Shown: in pieces, positions 29,021 through 39,577 of the stretch
Layout of the letters: every line of letters starts with the position of its first letter
Numbering within the stretch: position 1 is the stretch's first letter
Assembly: GCA_965261595.1 (NCBI GenBank)
Contig: CBDHDG010000006.1
Span: 480,001 to 544,000, forward strand
Direction of reading: 5' to 3'
DNA length: 64,000 bases
DNA from: a bacterium
GTDB lineage: Bacteria > UBA8248 > JACPRG01 > G963555815
The notes under the pieces: generated by a model
What the model was told of the DNA's origin: nothing
Database searches by the model: none
The model's input: only the letters and a program-made list of their open reading frames with translations
Position numbers and translations under genes: made by a program

Positions 29021-30234
29021 CGACAAAGATGCCGTACGGTTGGGGGAAGGTTCCGTTCGATCTTGAGGACCGGAAAAAGTGGATGGATCTGCCTTTCCCC
29101 ATAGAGGAATACGCGGCGCGCATCGAGCGCATGCGGGACAAGATGCGTATGCACGGTTTCGATGCCTTGGTAGTCTACGGAACCCGGGGAGACCGCGGAC
29201 CTATCCGCTACCTAACCAACTTCGAGGACTACTATAAAGGTGACAACCTCTGTGTCATCCCCCTGGAGGGAGAGCCAGCCTTCATCACCAACTCGGTCTT
29301 CCACGGCGAACCGATGCACTCGGGCATCCAGCATGTCTGGATGCAGGACGTTCGGTGCACCGCGCACCCCCGGACGGCCCCGGACGCCGCCTCGGTCTTC
29401 GACCACCTGGCTGAGGTCCTAAGCAATCGGGGTCTGGATAGTGGAAAGATCGCCCTTTCGGGTGACGCTGCGGCGGCTCTGAAGGAGCCGATCGAACGGG
29501 TCCTGCCCGGAGCTGGGCTTTCGGACGCGGGTAAGATCGTCGCCGAGGCGATGACGATCAAAAGCCCCGCCGAGGTCCAGGTCCTGAAAGAGAGCGCCCT
29601 AATCGTCGACGAGGCCCTTCACGCCGCGATGGTCAACGCCAAACCGGGGGTAAGCGAATTCGAACTCTCAGGCCTCGCGATGGAAGCGTTGTTCCGCAAC
29701 GGGGCCGAAGGTGGAAACTTCCCGATGGCGCTTTCCTCCGGACCTCGGGCCGGTTTTAAGCACGTCCCCCCTGTAAATCGGAGGCTCCAGAAAGGTGATT
29801 GGGTCTTCGCTGATTTGGGCGGAGTCTATAAGGGATACACCAGCGATGCCTCCCGACAAACGGTTGCGGGCGGACCCTCCAAAGTGCAGCGGGATTTCAT
29901 GGAGGCGCAGATCGCCATCGTCGAGGCGGTCCTGGCCGAGGCGAAGGCGGGCATCCGTATCTGTGACCTAGCGAAGGTCGGCATCGAGGTAGCGCGGGAA
30001 GCAGGGGTCGAGGACTACCTCTACTTTCGCGGTCACGGCATCAGCACATTCTCCCACGTCCCCCCCTCGATCAACCCAAAGAATGAGGCAGTTCTGGAAG
30101 AGGACATGGTGTTCTGCTTCGAGCCAATGCTGGTTCGATACGAGTTCGGCACGGCTTGCGTGGAGAACATGTACCACGTGACGAAGGACGGCCTGGTCAG
30201 TTTGAATGAATGCCCATGGCGGTATTGGGAGTGA
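29017..30234 (+). CDS. M24 family (creatinase/Xaa-Pro peptidase-like) protein
   Basis: FPIEEYAARI, ADLG..SD, GHG, FEP, VEN; ATGA overlap with the upstream ORF. Confidence 0.88.
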   Translation: MTTKMPYGWGKVPFDLEDRKKWMDLPFPIEEYAARIERMRDKMRMHGFDALVVYGTRGDRGPIRYLTNFEDYYKGDNLCVIPLEGEPAFITNSVFHGEPMHSGIQHVWMQDVRCTAHPRTAPDAASVFDHLAEVLSNRGLDSGKIALSGDAAAALKEPIERVLPGAGLSDAGKIVAEAMTIKSPAEVQVLKESALIVDEALHAAMVNAKPGVSEFELSGLAMEALFRNGAEGGNFPMALSSGPRAGFKHVPPVNRRLQKGDWVFADLGGVYKGYTSDASRQTVAGGPSKVQRDFMEAQIAIVEAVLAEAKAGIRICDLAKVGIEVAREAGVEDYLYFRGHGISTFSHVPPSINPKNEAVLEEDMVFCFEPMLVRYEFGTACVENMYHVTKDGLVSLNECPWRYWE

Positions 30235-30409
30235 AATTCGTGGACTTCATGGTAGAGCGGAAGAGAGTTGGCCGACCCTCCCACCCACCTTCGGAAGGCG
30301 GCCAAGATGTCCGCCCCATCCTCATTTCGCGTAAGGGGGCAAATGCCGCAGGGGCACCCTTGAATGAGTGGCCCCCGCGATGCTTGCTTCCGGCTAGTCA
30401 GATACCCGG

Positions 30410-32161
30410 CTAGGCGCCTTCTTTCGGCGGGATTATCGGCAGAAGGACGTAGGCAACTTGGCCAGGACCCATGTGAAGGGTTGTTTTGCCACCGAAGATC
30501 TCCGCCGGGCGGTCGCGCGGGTCGTCGTGGATGAACGGCCCGCAGCCCTTGAACTCGTTCTTCATCGTCCCGAGCGTTCCCCCACTTTCACCGGCATACT
30601 CGTAGTCCTTCCCGCGCACCGTCAGGGCGATCCGATGGCCGGCCGGCACGACGATAGAGGTCGGCCAGATTTCCACGTCCAGCGCAACCGCCTCTCCCGG
30701 CGTCAGCGGCTCTTTCTCATCGTGGGTGTGGTAGGGCCGGTAATCGGTGCTGAGACCCGGATCGAGCTTGCGGTGGGACGCCCGCAGCCAGCCTTGGCTG
30801 ATCGGCGTGTGCGGGTCGATGGCCCCCTGGAAAACCACCTCCTCCCCATCGGGGCCGAACACGCGCAGGACGAGAAAGAGGTCGGCGTCCGCCGTCGAGG
30901 ACGACACGAACAACCGGGCGGCCGAGGATCCGGTGATCTCCGTCTCCGCATCGAGCGGGGCCGAGGTGAAGGTGACGCCGTCGCCCAGGGCGTCGAACTC
31001 GACCCGTCCCTCGGCCGCCGCCGGTGCCGGACCGAGGCTGAGGTCGGCGGGGTTGAGATGAAAGCGCGTCCACCGGGTCCGGGCGATGGGCCATTCCCCC
31101 TCCATGCGCTCCGTGAAGCCGTCGATCCCGCGGACCTGGAGCTGGACGGCCGGCTGGTCCGCCCAACCGTTGTCGAGACCCTTGAGGAAGTAGTCGAAGA
31201 AGCGCTTCTGGAGGCAGACGCCGTAGTCGGTGTAAAAATGCGTCCAGTGCTCGATTCCGTGGATCTCGATCCACTTCCGCTCGGAGGCGGCGCGCACGAA
31301 GCCCTCGACGTTTCCGCGGAGATGAAGCCCCTGCCCCCCCCAGTTTCCCGTGGTGAGGAAGGGGACGGCGACCTTGTCCCAGACCGGCGAGCGCCCCTTG
31401 TGGTAGTCGTCATCGAGCGGGTGCGCGAGGATCTCGTTGCCCAGGTCGCACCGGTTGTTCGCCAACTCCTCCTCGGACAGCGTTTCCGGGCCGCAGACGA
31501 GCTCGCCGGTGACCCGGCTGCGCGGGCCCCGCTCGCCGAGGCCGTACTGAACGGTCTTGACCTGCATGTCGTACCAGTTCTCCCAGAACTGGCAGAGGAT
31601 GCCGCCGTGGTGCGTGCTGTCGCGGTACCAGTCGGCGGCGCCCTCCCAGATGCACATCGCCGCCAGATGGGGCGGCTGAAGCGAGGCCACCTGCCACTGG
31701 TTCATCGCGTAGTAGGAGATGCCGTTCAGGCCCACCTTTCCGTTGCTCCACGGCTGGACCCCCGTCCACTCGACGCAATTGTAGAAGTCCTTCGTCTCCC
31801 GGGGGGAGAAGTGGTCGATATACCCCGGCGTACGACCGGCGCCCCGGGAATCCACCCGCACGCAAACGTAACCGTCCGTCGCCCACTTCTCCGGATCGAC
31901 GACCTCCCAGCTCTGGTACTTGTTGGTCGAGCCCGCCGGGATGTCCGGATGCTCTTCGACCATCCGGTCCCATTGATCCGTGTAGCCCTCCTGGAAGGCG
32001 AGACCCTTGGCGTAGGGGCCGTAGGTCAGGATGACCGGGTGCCGGCCCTCCTCGACGGGCCGGTAGACGTCGGCCCGCAAGACCAATCCGTCGTCCATCT
32101 CGATCGGCACGTCCCAGTCGATCCGCATCCCGTCCCGGACTTCGCTCTTGACCTCGCTCAT
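30410..32161 (-). CDS. CocE/NonD family hydrolase
   Basis: LRADVYRP, DSRGAG, GISYYA nucleophile, C-terminal PepX domain. Confidence 0.92.
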   Translation of the reverse strand: MSEVKSEVRDGMRIDWDVPIEMDDGLVLRADVYRPVEEGRHPVILTYGPYAKGLAFQEGYTDQWDRMVEEHPDIPAGSTNKYQSWEVVDPEKWATDGYVCVRVDSRGAGRTPGYIDHFSPRETKDFYNCVEWTGVQPWSNGKVGLNGISYYAMNQWQVASLQPPHLAAMCIWEGAADWYRDSTHHGGILCQFWENWYDMQVKTVQYGLGERGPRSRVTGELVCGPETLSEEELANNRCDLGNEILAHPLDDDYHKGRSPVWDKVAVPFLTTGNWGGQGLHLRGNVEGFVRAASERKWIEIHGIEHWTHFYTDYGVCLQKRFFDYFLKGLDNGWADQPAVQLQVRGIDGFTERMEGEWPIARTRWTRFHLNPADLSLGPAPAAAEGRVEFDALGDGVTFTSAPLDAETEITGSSAARLFVSSSTADADLFLVLRVFGPDGEEVVFQGAIDPHTPISQGWLRASHRKLDPGLSTDYRPYHTHDEKEPLTPGEAVALDVEIWPTSIVVPAGHRIALTVRGKDYEYAGESGGTLGTMKNEFKGCGPFIHDDPRDRPAEIFGGKTTLHMGPGQVAYVLLPIIPPKEGA

Positions 32162-32429
32162 CTCGTCTTCCTCGGCTTGTTTTCTTTCAGCCCGCGGCGG
32201 GGGCGGGGAGCGGCCCGCCGCGCACCCTCCCGCCGCTCTGCGGACAATGGCTCTTTCACGGAAATCGGGCGCATTATACCCAGCTTGCCCGGTGTGATCA
32301 AAAAGGATAATCGGCCTGAGAGGCGCCCTCACGCGGGCCGGTCGACCCCTCGCTTGGATTGACGGCCCGGACGATCGTGGCGTCCAACCCGGTCCGCGTC
32401 TCCGATCAGAGATCGGCCTCCCCCCCCCC

Positions 32430-33104
32430 TCACGCCCTGTCCTGATGAAGAACCGCCTCGGACGCCCAGCACCGGCCGAGCGCCTCGCTCTCCGTGACGA
32501 CGCCGAAGTAGCAGGAAATGTTCTCCAGGGTCGCCTCATGGAGGACAGGGTTGTACGTCGCCACGCAGTCCCGGGGGCATACGATGTAGTAATTCTTGAA
32601 AAACCCCGCCCGAAGCGTGGATTCGACGCACACGTTCGTGGCCACCCCCGTCATCACCAGGGTCCGCACGTTGTGGTTTCGCAGGATCAGGTCCAGGTCG
32701 GTCCCCTCGAAGGCGTTGAAGCGGTGCTTGTTGACGACGATTCCCCCCCCCCCTTCTTCGGGCCGGACCCGGTAGAAATCCGCCCCCCAGCTCCCCTTCA
32801 GGCAGAGGGGAAGGTCCCGACTGTCCGCCCGCATCATCTCCACCATCGCGTCGCTGAGGTAACAATCGTCATAGTAAGACTGGATGAAGACCGGAAGGAT
32901 CCCCGCGCTGCGGGCGGCCTCCAGGAGCCCTTCCAGCCGGGGGACCATGGCCTGGATCTCGTCCATCCGAAAGCCTTTGGGCCCATAGGCCCGGTCGAGA
33001 AATCCCCCGTCCGCGCAGAAGTCGTTCTGGACGTCCACCACCACGAGGGCCGTGTGACGGGGATCCACCTTCTCCTCCAGGGTTTCCAGAAGCTCCCTTT
33101 TCAT
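32430..33104 (-). CDS. Cysteine hydrolase (isochorismatase family, RutB-like)
   Basis: VDVQNDF, KHRFNAF, GVATNVCVESTLR. Confidence 0.9.
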   Translation of the reverse strand: MKRELLETLEEKVDPRHTALVVVDVQNDFCADGGFLDRAYGPKGFRMDEIQAMVPRLEGLLEAARSAGILPVFIQSYYDDCYLSDAMVEMMRADSRDLPLCLKGSWGADFYRVRPEEGGGGIVVNKHRFNAFEGTDLDLILRNHNVRTLVMTGVATNVCVESTLRAGFFKNYYIVCPRDCVATYNPVLHEATLENISCYFGVVTESEALGRCWASEAVLHQDRA

Positions 33105-33129
33105 CGACTTCCTCCTTGAGATCCGAACC

Positions 33130-35457
33130 TCATGGGCGCACTTGGCTTTCAGACCGCTCCTGAATCGCCCGGAGCACCCGCTCCGGCGTGAAGGGAAGGG
33201 ACCGGATCTGAACGCCGATGGCGTTGTAGACGGCATTGGCGATGGCCGCGGCCGTCGGGGCGAGACCGGGCTCGCCGACCCCCTTGGCCCCGTAAGGGCC
33301 GTCGGGGTGAGGCTCCTCGACGACCATGGGAACCAGGGCCGGCATGTCGAGGGCGCAGGGGATCTTATAGTCGCCGAAGTTCGCGTTTACGACGGCCCCG
33401 CCCTCGAGACACATCTCTTCGAACAGGGCCGTCCCCAGGCCCTGGGCCAGGGCTCCCTCGATCTGCCCGTCGCAGCCCTGGGGGTTGATCGCCTTGCCGA
33501 CGTCGTGCGCCGCGGTCAGCTTGAGGAGGCGCACCTCCCCGGTCTCCTCGTCCACCTCGACCTCGGCCCCCTGGGCGGCGTACATCCAGAAGGACGCGGG
33601 CTTCCTGCCCATGCCCGATTCGGCGTCGGCCGGCGAGGACGGCAGCGGCGTGAAGTGGCCCCGACCGATGATCGGTCCCCCGGTGAATCCGCCGTCGGGC
33701 TTGAAGACCCCCATGGCGACGTCGGCGAAGGTCACGAACCGGTCGGGGGCGGCCCGGGTGAAAACCCGTCCGTCCCGGGTGTCGAGGTCCTCGGGGGCCG
33801 CCTCCAGGAGGACCGCCGCCGCCTGGAAAAGCTGGGCCTTGACGTCATCGGCCGCCCGGCAGATGGCGTTCCCGTCGAAGAAGGTGGTCTTGCTGGAGGA
33901 GGTCTCCCAGCCGTAGGGGGCCGTCGCGGTGTCGGGCTGGATCACGGAAATCCGGCCGGGGTCGACCCCGAGGGCTTCGGCCGCGATCTGCCTGAGCGCT
34001 GTGTGGGCCCCTTGGCCGTGTTCCACGGCGCTGGTGAGCAGGGCCACGCTCCCGTCCTCGTTCACCTTGATCACCGACATGACGTGGGCCGTCGGGACGG
34101 AGAATTTCCACATGCAGGCGATCCCCCATCCGCGCCGCTTCCCGGGGGGGGACGGCCGATCCTCCCTGTCGAGCGGCTCAACCGCCCGCCGGACGCATTC
34201 CTTGAGGCCCACGGCGTTCAGGGTCTCCCCCGTCGTGCTGACGTCCCCGTCTTCGACGCCGTTTCGGAGCCTGAGATCGACGGGGTCCATCCCGAGCTCC
34301 CGGGCGATGCGGTCGAGCTGGCCCTCGTAGCCAAAGCACGTCTCCGGCACGCCGAACCCCCGGTACGCCCCGGAGACGGGGTTGTTGGTGTAAACGCAGG
34401 AGGAATCCACCCGTACGTTGGGGATGCGGTAAGGCCCGTTGGCGGAGAAACCCGCGTACCGGGAGACGGCGATTTCGTACTCGCCGTACGCCCCCGTGTC
34501 CCAGAAGCACCGGACCTCCCGGGCCACCAGGTCCCCGTTCCGCATCACGCCGGTCTTGTAGATGACCTTGAGGGGCTGGCGGACGAACGTCGCGACGAAC
34601 TCCTCCTCGCGGGTGAGCTCGAGTCGGACGGGGAGGTGGCCGCTGTGCACGGCCAAGGCCCCCGCCAGGGTCTCGACGACCGCGCTGATCTTGCCGCCGA
34701 AGGCCCCACCCACCCAGGTGCAGATGATCCGTACTTCGCTCTGGGAAAGGCCCAGGGCCTGGGCCACCTGCTCCCGCGTCACGTACAGACCCTGCGTCGT
34801 CGTCCAAATCGTGAGCCCGCCCTGGGGGGAGAGCTGCGCGATGCAGGCGTGGGGCTCCAGTGGGCAGTGCTGGACCATGGGGACATGGAACGTGTCCTCG
34901 AATACAAGGTCCGATTGCCGGAACCCTTCCTCTACGTTTCCCAAACTGAACTCGAAGTGGTTGCAGATGTTCGTGCCGGGGACCGGCTTGAAGATGTTGC
35001 GCTGGTACTCATATTCGCCGAGGTCCGGATGGAGGAGGGGGGCGTCGGGGGCCATGGCCTCCTCCATGCCGAAAACGGCGGGAAGCTCCTCGTACTCCAC
35101 GCGGATCAGGCTCAGGGCCTCGAGGGCCGCGTCCTCGTCGACGGCGGCGACCCCGGCCACCGGCTCTCCCACGAAGCGAACCCGGTCCACGGCGTAAACG
35201 GGCCGGTCCTCGAGGCGCGTCCCCCATATCGCGTCGGGAAAATCCCGGCCCGAGACCGCCGCGCGCACGCCCGCCAGCCGCTTCGCCGGCGCCAAGTCCA
35301 CGTGAAGAACCTTGGCGTGGGGATGGGGGCTTCTCAGGATCTTGGCGTGGAGCATGCGGGGAGCGGTCACGTCCGGCCCGTAGGCCGCCATTCCCGTCGC
35401 CTTTTCGTAGCCGTCGCTCCGTTCGTAATCGACCCCGATCTTCGTTGGACCCGCCAT
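33130..35457 (-). CDS. Xanthine dehydrogenase family molybdopterin-binding subunit
   Basis: GGAFGGK, GAYRGFG, EHGQG, GQIEG, GAKGVGE. Confidence 0.93.
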   Translation of the reverse strand: MAGPTKIGVDYERSDGYEKATGMAAYGPDVTAPRMLHAKILRSPHPHAKVLHVDLAPAKRLAGVRAAVSGRDFPDAIWGTRLEDRPVYAVDRVRFVGEPVAGVAAVDEDAALEALSLIRVEYEELPAVFGMEEAMAPDAPLLHPDLGEYEYQRNIFKPVPGTNICNHFEFSLGNVEEGFRQSDLVFEDTFHVPMVQHCPLEPHACIAQLSPQGGLTIWTTTQGLYVTREQVAQALGLSQSEVRIICTWVGGAFGGKISAVVETLAGALAVHSGHLPVRLELTREEEFVATFVRQPLKVIYKTGVMRNGDLVAREVRCFWDTGAYGEYEIAVSRYAGFSANGPYRIPNVRVDSSCVYTNNPVSGAYRGFGVPETCFGYEGQLDRIARELGMDPVDLRLRNGVEDGDVSTTGETLNAVGLKECVRRAVEPLDREDRPSPPGKRRGWGIACMWKFSVPTAHVMSVIKVNEDGSVALLTSAVEHGQGAHTALRQIAAEALGVDPGRISVIQPDTATAPYGWETSSSKTTFFDGNAICRAADDVKAQLFQAAAVLLEAAPEDLDTRDGRVFTRAAPDRFVTFADVAMGVFKPDGGFTGGPIIGRGHFTPLPSSPADAESGMGRKPASFWMYAAQGAEVEVDEETGEVRLLKLTAAHDVGKAINPQGCDGQIEGALAQGLGTALFEEMCLEGGAVVNANFGDYKIPCALDMPALVPMVVEEPHPDGPYGAKGVGEPGLAPTAAAIANAVYNAIGVQIRSLPFTPERVLRAIQERSESQVRP

Positions 35458-35702
35458 CGTCTCCCCCCCCCTCCTCTTCCCCCCCAATTGACGGAGGCTC
35501 GCTGCCGGTGAAAGTCCATTTTGCCCTTTACCATTCAGTCTTACAAGGACCGCCGATCTTTTGATAGCCAGGTGGATGATCCCCCATGGTAGGATGAGTC
35601 ATCAGGCATCTGCAAAATGTCTTCCGGAATCCGGGTCGCCAATCGACCAAAAGGGGTCGGACCTCGCAAGATTGTCCGGAGGGAGAAAGGGGAGGGAGAG
35701 GG

Positions 35703-36677
35703 ATGGAGAAAATGCGCGAAGCCGATCTTTGGCCCATGGTCAGAGCGTATTGGCACCCGGTTGCCTTGGCCGAAAACGTGAAGGACCGGCCGTACGCCGC
35801 GACGCTTCTCGATGAACGGATCGTGATCTGCCGGCTGGGGGATCGGGTGGAGGCGTTCTCCGACCTCTGCATTCACCGCGGGACACCGATCTCGCTGGGC
35901 TGGATAGAGGGCGAGGAAGTCGTGTGCGCGTACCACGGCTGGGCCTACAACGCCGATGGAAAGTGCACCCGCATCCCCTCCATTCCGCCGGGGAGCCCCA
36001 TTCCCAAAAAGGCGTGCCTCACCCACTACCCCGCACAGGAGCGTTACGGGATTGTGTGGGTCTGCATGTCCGATGAGCCCCGGGCGCCCATTCCGAACCT
36101 TCCCTCCCTGGAGGACCCGGGCCACCATGTGACCGCCGCGGATCAGCGAAACTGGAAGTGCAGCGCCGCCCGCGCCATCGAGAACTTCATCGATTACTCC
36201 CATTTCGCCTGGATTCACGAAGGCATCCTGGGAGACCGCAGCCGTCCCGAGTCGCCTGAAGTGAACGTGGTCAGGGAGGGGGATGAAATCAAGTTTGATT
36301 TTTCAAACACACCCGACGGACTCCACGGGGCCCCGCACACGAACTACTACCGGCTGGTCCGGCCGTTTTCCATCATTTTGACGAAAGTCGAGCAGGACGG
36401 GAAAACCGAGGCGCTGAATTTCGTTTGCTCGCCCGTTTCGGCCGACGAGTGCACCCGGATATTCTTGATCACCCGGAACCACCCCCACGATATCGAGAAG
36501 GACGGCGGGACGGAAAAGTTCCTGGAGCTCGTCGCGGAACAGGACCGGCTGATCGTGGAAAACCAGCGGCCGCAGGACCTGCCGCTCGACCTGACCGAAG
36601 AGCTCCACGTCAAGGGGCCGGACGCCGGCTCCCTCGTGTACCGAAGGGCGCTCAGGGAGATCGGTCTTGACGAGTAG
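35703..36677 (+). CDS. Rieske non-heme iron oxygenase (VanA/NdmA-like), paralog 2
   Basis: CIH..CAYH, ENFIDYSHFAWIH, QD..IVENQ. Confidence 0.92.
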   Translation: MEKMREADLWPMVRAYWHPVALAENVKDRPYAATLLDERIVICRLGDRVEAFSDLCIHRGTPISLGWIEGEEVVCAYHGWAYNADGKCTRIPSIPPGSPIPKKACLTHYPAQERYGIVWVCMSDEPRAPIPNLPSLEDPGHHVTAADQRNWKCSAARAIENFIDYSHFAWIHEGILGDRSRPESPEVNVVREGDEIKFDFSNTPDGLHGAPHTNYYRLVRPFSIILTKVEQDGKTEALNFVCSPVSADECTRIFLITRNHPHDIEKDGGTEKFLELVAEQDRLIVENQRPQDLPLDLTEELHVKGPDAGSLVYRRALREIGLDE

Positions 36678-36775
36678 CGCGGAGGCGCGGGATTATCCCG
36701 AATTTCTCATCAACCATTCGACGCACAAGGGTGGCGGGGGGGCCAACTGCGGGTTCACCCATTCGCGAGAGCGGT

Positions 36776-36876
36776 GTAGCGCGGAGGGTTTAGCCTCCGC
36801 CTCCATGTCGCGCCCAAATGAAAACCAGCGGAGGCTAAGGGTCCACCGACCCGCAGGGTCACCCGACCCGCGCTAC
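36776..36876. repeat. Inverted GTAG-type REP pair (REPIN-like)
   Basis: GTAGCGCGGAGGGTTTAGCCTCCGC ... GCGGAGGCTAA...CGCGCTAC; the second copy is interrupted. Confidence 0.65.
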
Positions 36877-36912
36877 ATTCTTATTCAACCGCCGGCGTCC
36901 GGGTGCAACTCC

Positions 36913-37020
36913 CTACCGGGTCAGGACGATGAGCGTGACGGCGCCCAGGTCGCCCCGGCTGAGGCCATAGACCTCCCGGATCCTGCCGCTCGTCCCGCTG
37001 GTTTCGACGACTTGGGCCAC
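36913..37020 (-). CDS. 35-aa small ORF or truncated gene start
   Basis: GGAGG 6 nt before GTG 37020; MAQVVETSGTSGRIREVYGLSRGDLGAVTLIVLTR*. Confidence 0.35.
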   Translation of the reverse strand: MAQVVETSGTSGRIREVYGLSRGDLGAVTLIVLTR

Positions 37021-37099
37021 CTCGCGCCTCCTCACGGACGCGGCTCGCGGGTCCGTCCGGAAAACGGCGCCGATTTGGGAAATCGTCCGCTCAGGGTCT

Positions 37100-37993
37100 T
37101 CAAGCGGTTTGGCTCAGGGTCCCGTAAAGCTCCGGGCGTCGATCCCGGTAGACCATGAGGCGGCGGCGGGCCTCCACCACTTCGTCCAGATCGACGGTCC
37201 CCCGGACAAAGACCGGCCCTTCGGCTTCGGGTCCCTGGGCGATGACCCGGCCGTCGGGACCGGTGATGCAGCTGATCCCATAGTAGCGCGTATCGCGCCC
37301 ATCGACCGTCTCGACCCCCGCCTTGTTGCAACCGGCCGCGAACACGATGTTCTCCGCCGCGTTGGACCGAAGCCCGCAGACCCACATTTCCCAGACGTAC
37401 CCCGCCGAGGCCGTCGGAAGCAGGATCAACTCCGCCCCGTTCAGGGCGAGGACCCGCCATCCTTCCGGGAACCAGCGCTCGTAGCAAATCAGGCACCCGA
37501 TCTTCCCCAGATCGGTCTCGAAGACGGGGTGCCCCGACCCCAGCCGGAAGTAGAATTTCTCATCGTTCACCATCTCCCCCCAGCGAAAGTGGGAGATGTA
37601 GTTCTTTCGGGCGGCGGGCGTCCGCGTCCCGTCGGGGAGGACCCCTTCGATGACCTTTCCGTCCGGTCCGATCAAGACCGCGCTGTTGTAGAACTCCCCC
37701 TCCCTGGGCCCCTTCTCGTACATCGGAAGCAGGATGTGACAGTCGAGCTCTCGGGCCTTCTCGCCGAATATCTCCGTCGCCGGCCCCGGGACGGTTTCGG
37801 CCAGATCCATGAATTTCGGGTCCGTAAAACCCACGCAGAAGAACTGCGTGGTGAACATCTCGGGAAAGACGATCACGTCCACCGGCTCCCGGGCCGCCAG
37901 GTCGATGAGGTCCAGCCCCGCCTGGATGTTCTCCTCTTTGGAGGGGGAAGCCGGGCCCGGTTGAACCAGACAGATGTTGATCGCTCGCGACAT
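37100..37993 (-). CDS. Carbon-nitrogen hydrolase (beta-ureidopropionase / N-carbamoylase-like)
   Basis: E-K-C triad in FPEMF, RKNYI, ICYERWFPE; EKFYF; DRRPELY. Confidence 0.9.
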   Translation of the reverse strand: MSRAINICLVQPGPASPSKEENIQAGLDLIDLAAREPVDVIVFPEMFTTQFFCVGFTDPKFMDLAETVPGPATEIFGEKARELDCHILLPMYEKGPREGEFYNSAVLIGPDGKVIEGVLPDGTRTPAARKNYISHFRWGEMVNDEKFYFRLGSGHPVFETDLGKIGCLICYERWFPEGWRVLALNGAELILLPTASAGYVWEMWVCGLRSNAAENIVFAAGCNKAGVETVDGRDTRYYGISCITGPDGRVIAQGPEAEGPVFVRGTVDLDEVVEARRRLMVYRDRRPELYGTLSQTA

Positions 37994-38155
37994 ACGGTTT
38001 CTCTCCTGACCAAGCCCGGACGGACATCGGGGCCTATCACGCGGATTTTAGACGCCGCGGCCGGGCCGGTTCGTGACCGGGCGCGGTCGGTGATCTCTCC
38101 GCCGCGCATCGCCACCGTCCGCCGGACCCTGGTGAAGTTCTCGTGCGGTCCTCCA

Positions 38156-39565
38156 TCAAGGGCGATCACCCGCCCCCACCGAGGAAGTCACATACGCTTC
38201 CAGGTCGATCCCCTCCCAGAGCTCCCGTTTGACATCGCACCGCTCGGGGAAAGGGATATCCACCGGTTTGCTGGCGTCGATGCCGACGCGGGTGTTCATC
38301 CCCCCGTGTTCGCCGCGGCTTCTGCCCGTATGGCCCGAGGGGTCGATGATACACACGAAGGATCCCGGGACAAAGAAGAAATCCCGGTCCGGCTGGGTGC
38401 GGGTGGTCATGGCCCACATGACCTCGCGCTCACTGTAGATGTCCACATCCTCATCCACGACCACCACCATCTTCATATAGGGATCCGCCGCCAGGGCCGC
38501 CAGGGCCGCGTTCTTTCCCTGACCCTCGAACTCTTTGCGTATCTGGACAAACCCGGTCAAGCGGCAGCCGCCCGATTCCGCCACGACCACATTGCGCATG
38601 GACGGGATCGCTTCCTTCACCCGCTTGTACAGGTTGGACTCCCGGCCCAGCAGACCCAGGTAATTGTGGTCCAGGTACAGGTTGTTGAGATCTAGAAAAA
38701 TGGCGTCCCGCCGGTGGGTGATGGCCGTGATTTCGATAACGGGGTTTTCCCGGGCGGGGCCGTAGTGCCAGGTGAACTCGCCCAAGGGGCCTTCCTCTTC
38801 CCGGACACCGGCCCGGATTCGGCCCTCGATGACGATCTCGGCGCGCGCGGGGACGCCCAGGTCCACCGTCTCGCCCTTCACCAATTCCAGGGGCTCTCCC
38901 AGGAGCCCGCCGATGACGGCGAATTCATCCATGTCCAGGGGACCCCGGACCTGAGAGCCGTGACAGAAGGCGGGATGATGTCCCAGGGCCACGGCGAATT
39001 CCAGGTCTTCCCCCTTCCCTTCCCGCTTTCTCAGGATGTGCGCGAGGTGGGATTCCGGCCCGATGTCGATGCCCATCTCCCGGGGGTTCCGGTACATGTG
39101 CCGGTAGATTCCGGCGTTGTGGACTCCGGTGTCGGGGTCCTTGGCGATTCCCACGCCCGGGTTGATGTAGGGCCCGGCGTCCTTCTCTCCGTGCGTGACG
39201 ATGGGCAGGCGGGACAGGTCCGCCTCCTCGCCGATCCACTTGCACTCCTTGACCGGACCGTCCTCCACCCAGCGGGGCTCGATGGGCCGGTCCTCCCGGC
39301 GCATGTATTCGTTCAACGTGTCCTCGACGGGGACGTCCAGGGCCGCCGCCAGCTTCAGACGGGACGCGAAAAGGTTCGTCATGACCGGCATCGAGGAACC
39401 CTTCACGTCCTCGAACAGGAGGGTCGGGAATTGATTCTCGGCCTGGAACCTGCGGACAACGGCGGCGATCTCCCAGGCCGGGTCCACCGGGCGGGCCACC
39501 CGGACGATCTCGTTCGGATGCTCCTCGCTCAAAGAGTCGATGAAGGTTCGGAGGTCCTTCGGCAT
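38156..39565 (-). CDS. UbiD family prFMN-dependent (de)carboxylase
   Basis: DAGPYI, NAGIYR, AEIVIEG, EGPLGE, VDEDVD, GIDA. Confidence 0.92.
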   Translation of the reverse strand: MPKDLRTFIDSLSEEHPNEIVRVARPVDPAWEIAAVVRRFQAENQFPTLLFEDVKGSSMPVMTNLFASRLKLAAALDVPVEDTLNEYMRREDRPIEPRWVEDGPVKECKWIGEEADLSRLPIVTHGEKDAGPYINPGVGIAKDPDTGVHNAGIYRHMYRNPREMGIDIGPESHLAHILRKREGKGEDLEFAVALGHHPAFCHGSQVRGPLDMDEFAVIGGLLGEPLELVKGETVDLGVPARAEIVIEGRIRAGVREEEGPLGEFTWHYGPARENPVIEITAITHRRDAIFLDLNNLYLDHNYLGLLGRESNLYKRVKEAIPSMRNVVVAESGGCRLTGFVQIRKEFEGQGKNAALAALAADPYMKMVVVVDEDVDIYSEREVMWAMTTRTQPDRDFFFVPGSFVCIIDPSGHTGRSRGEHGGMNTRVGIDASKPVDIPFPERCDVKRELWEGIDLEAYVTSSVGAGDRP

Positions 39566-39577
39566 GCGCTCACTCCC

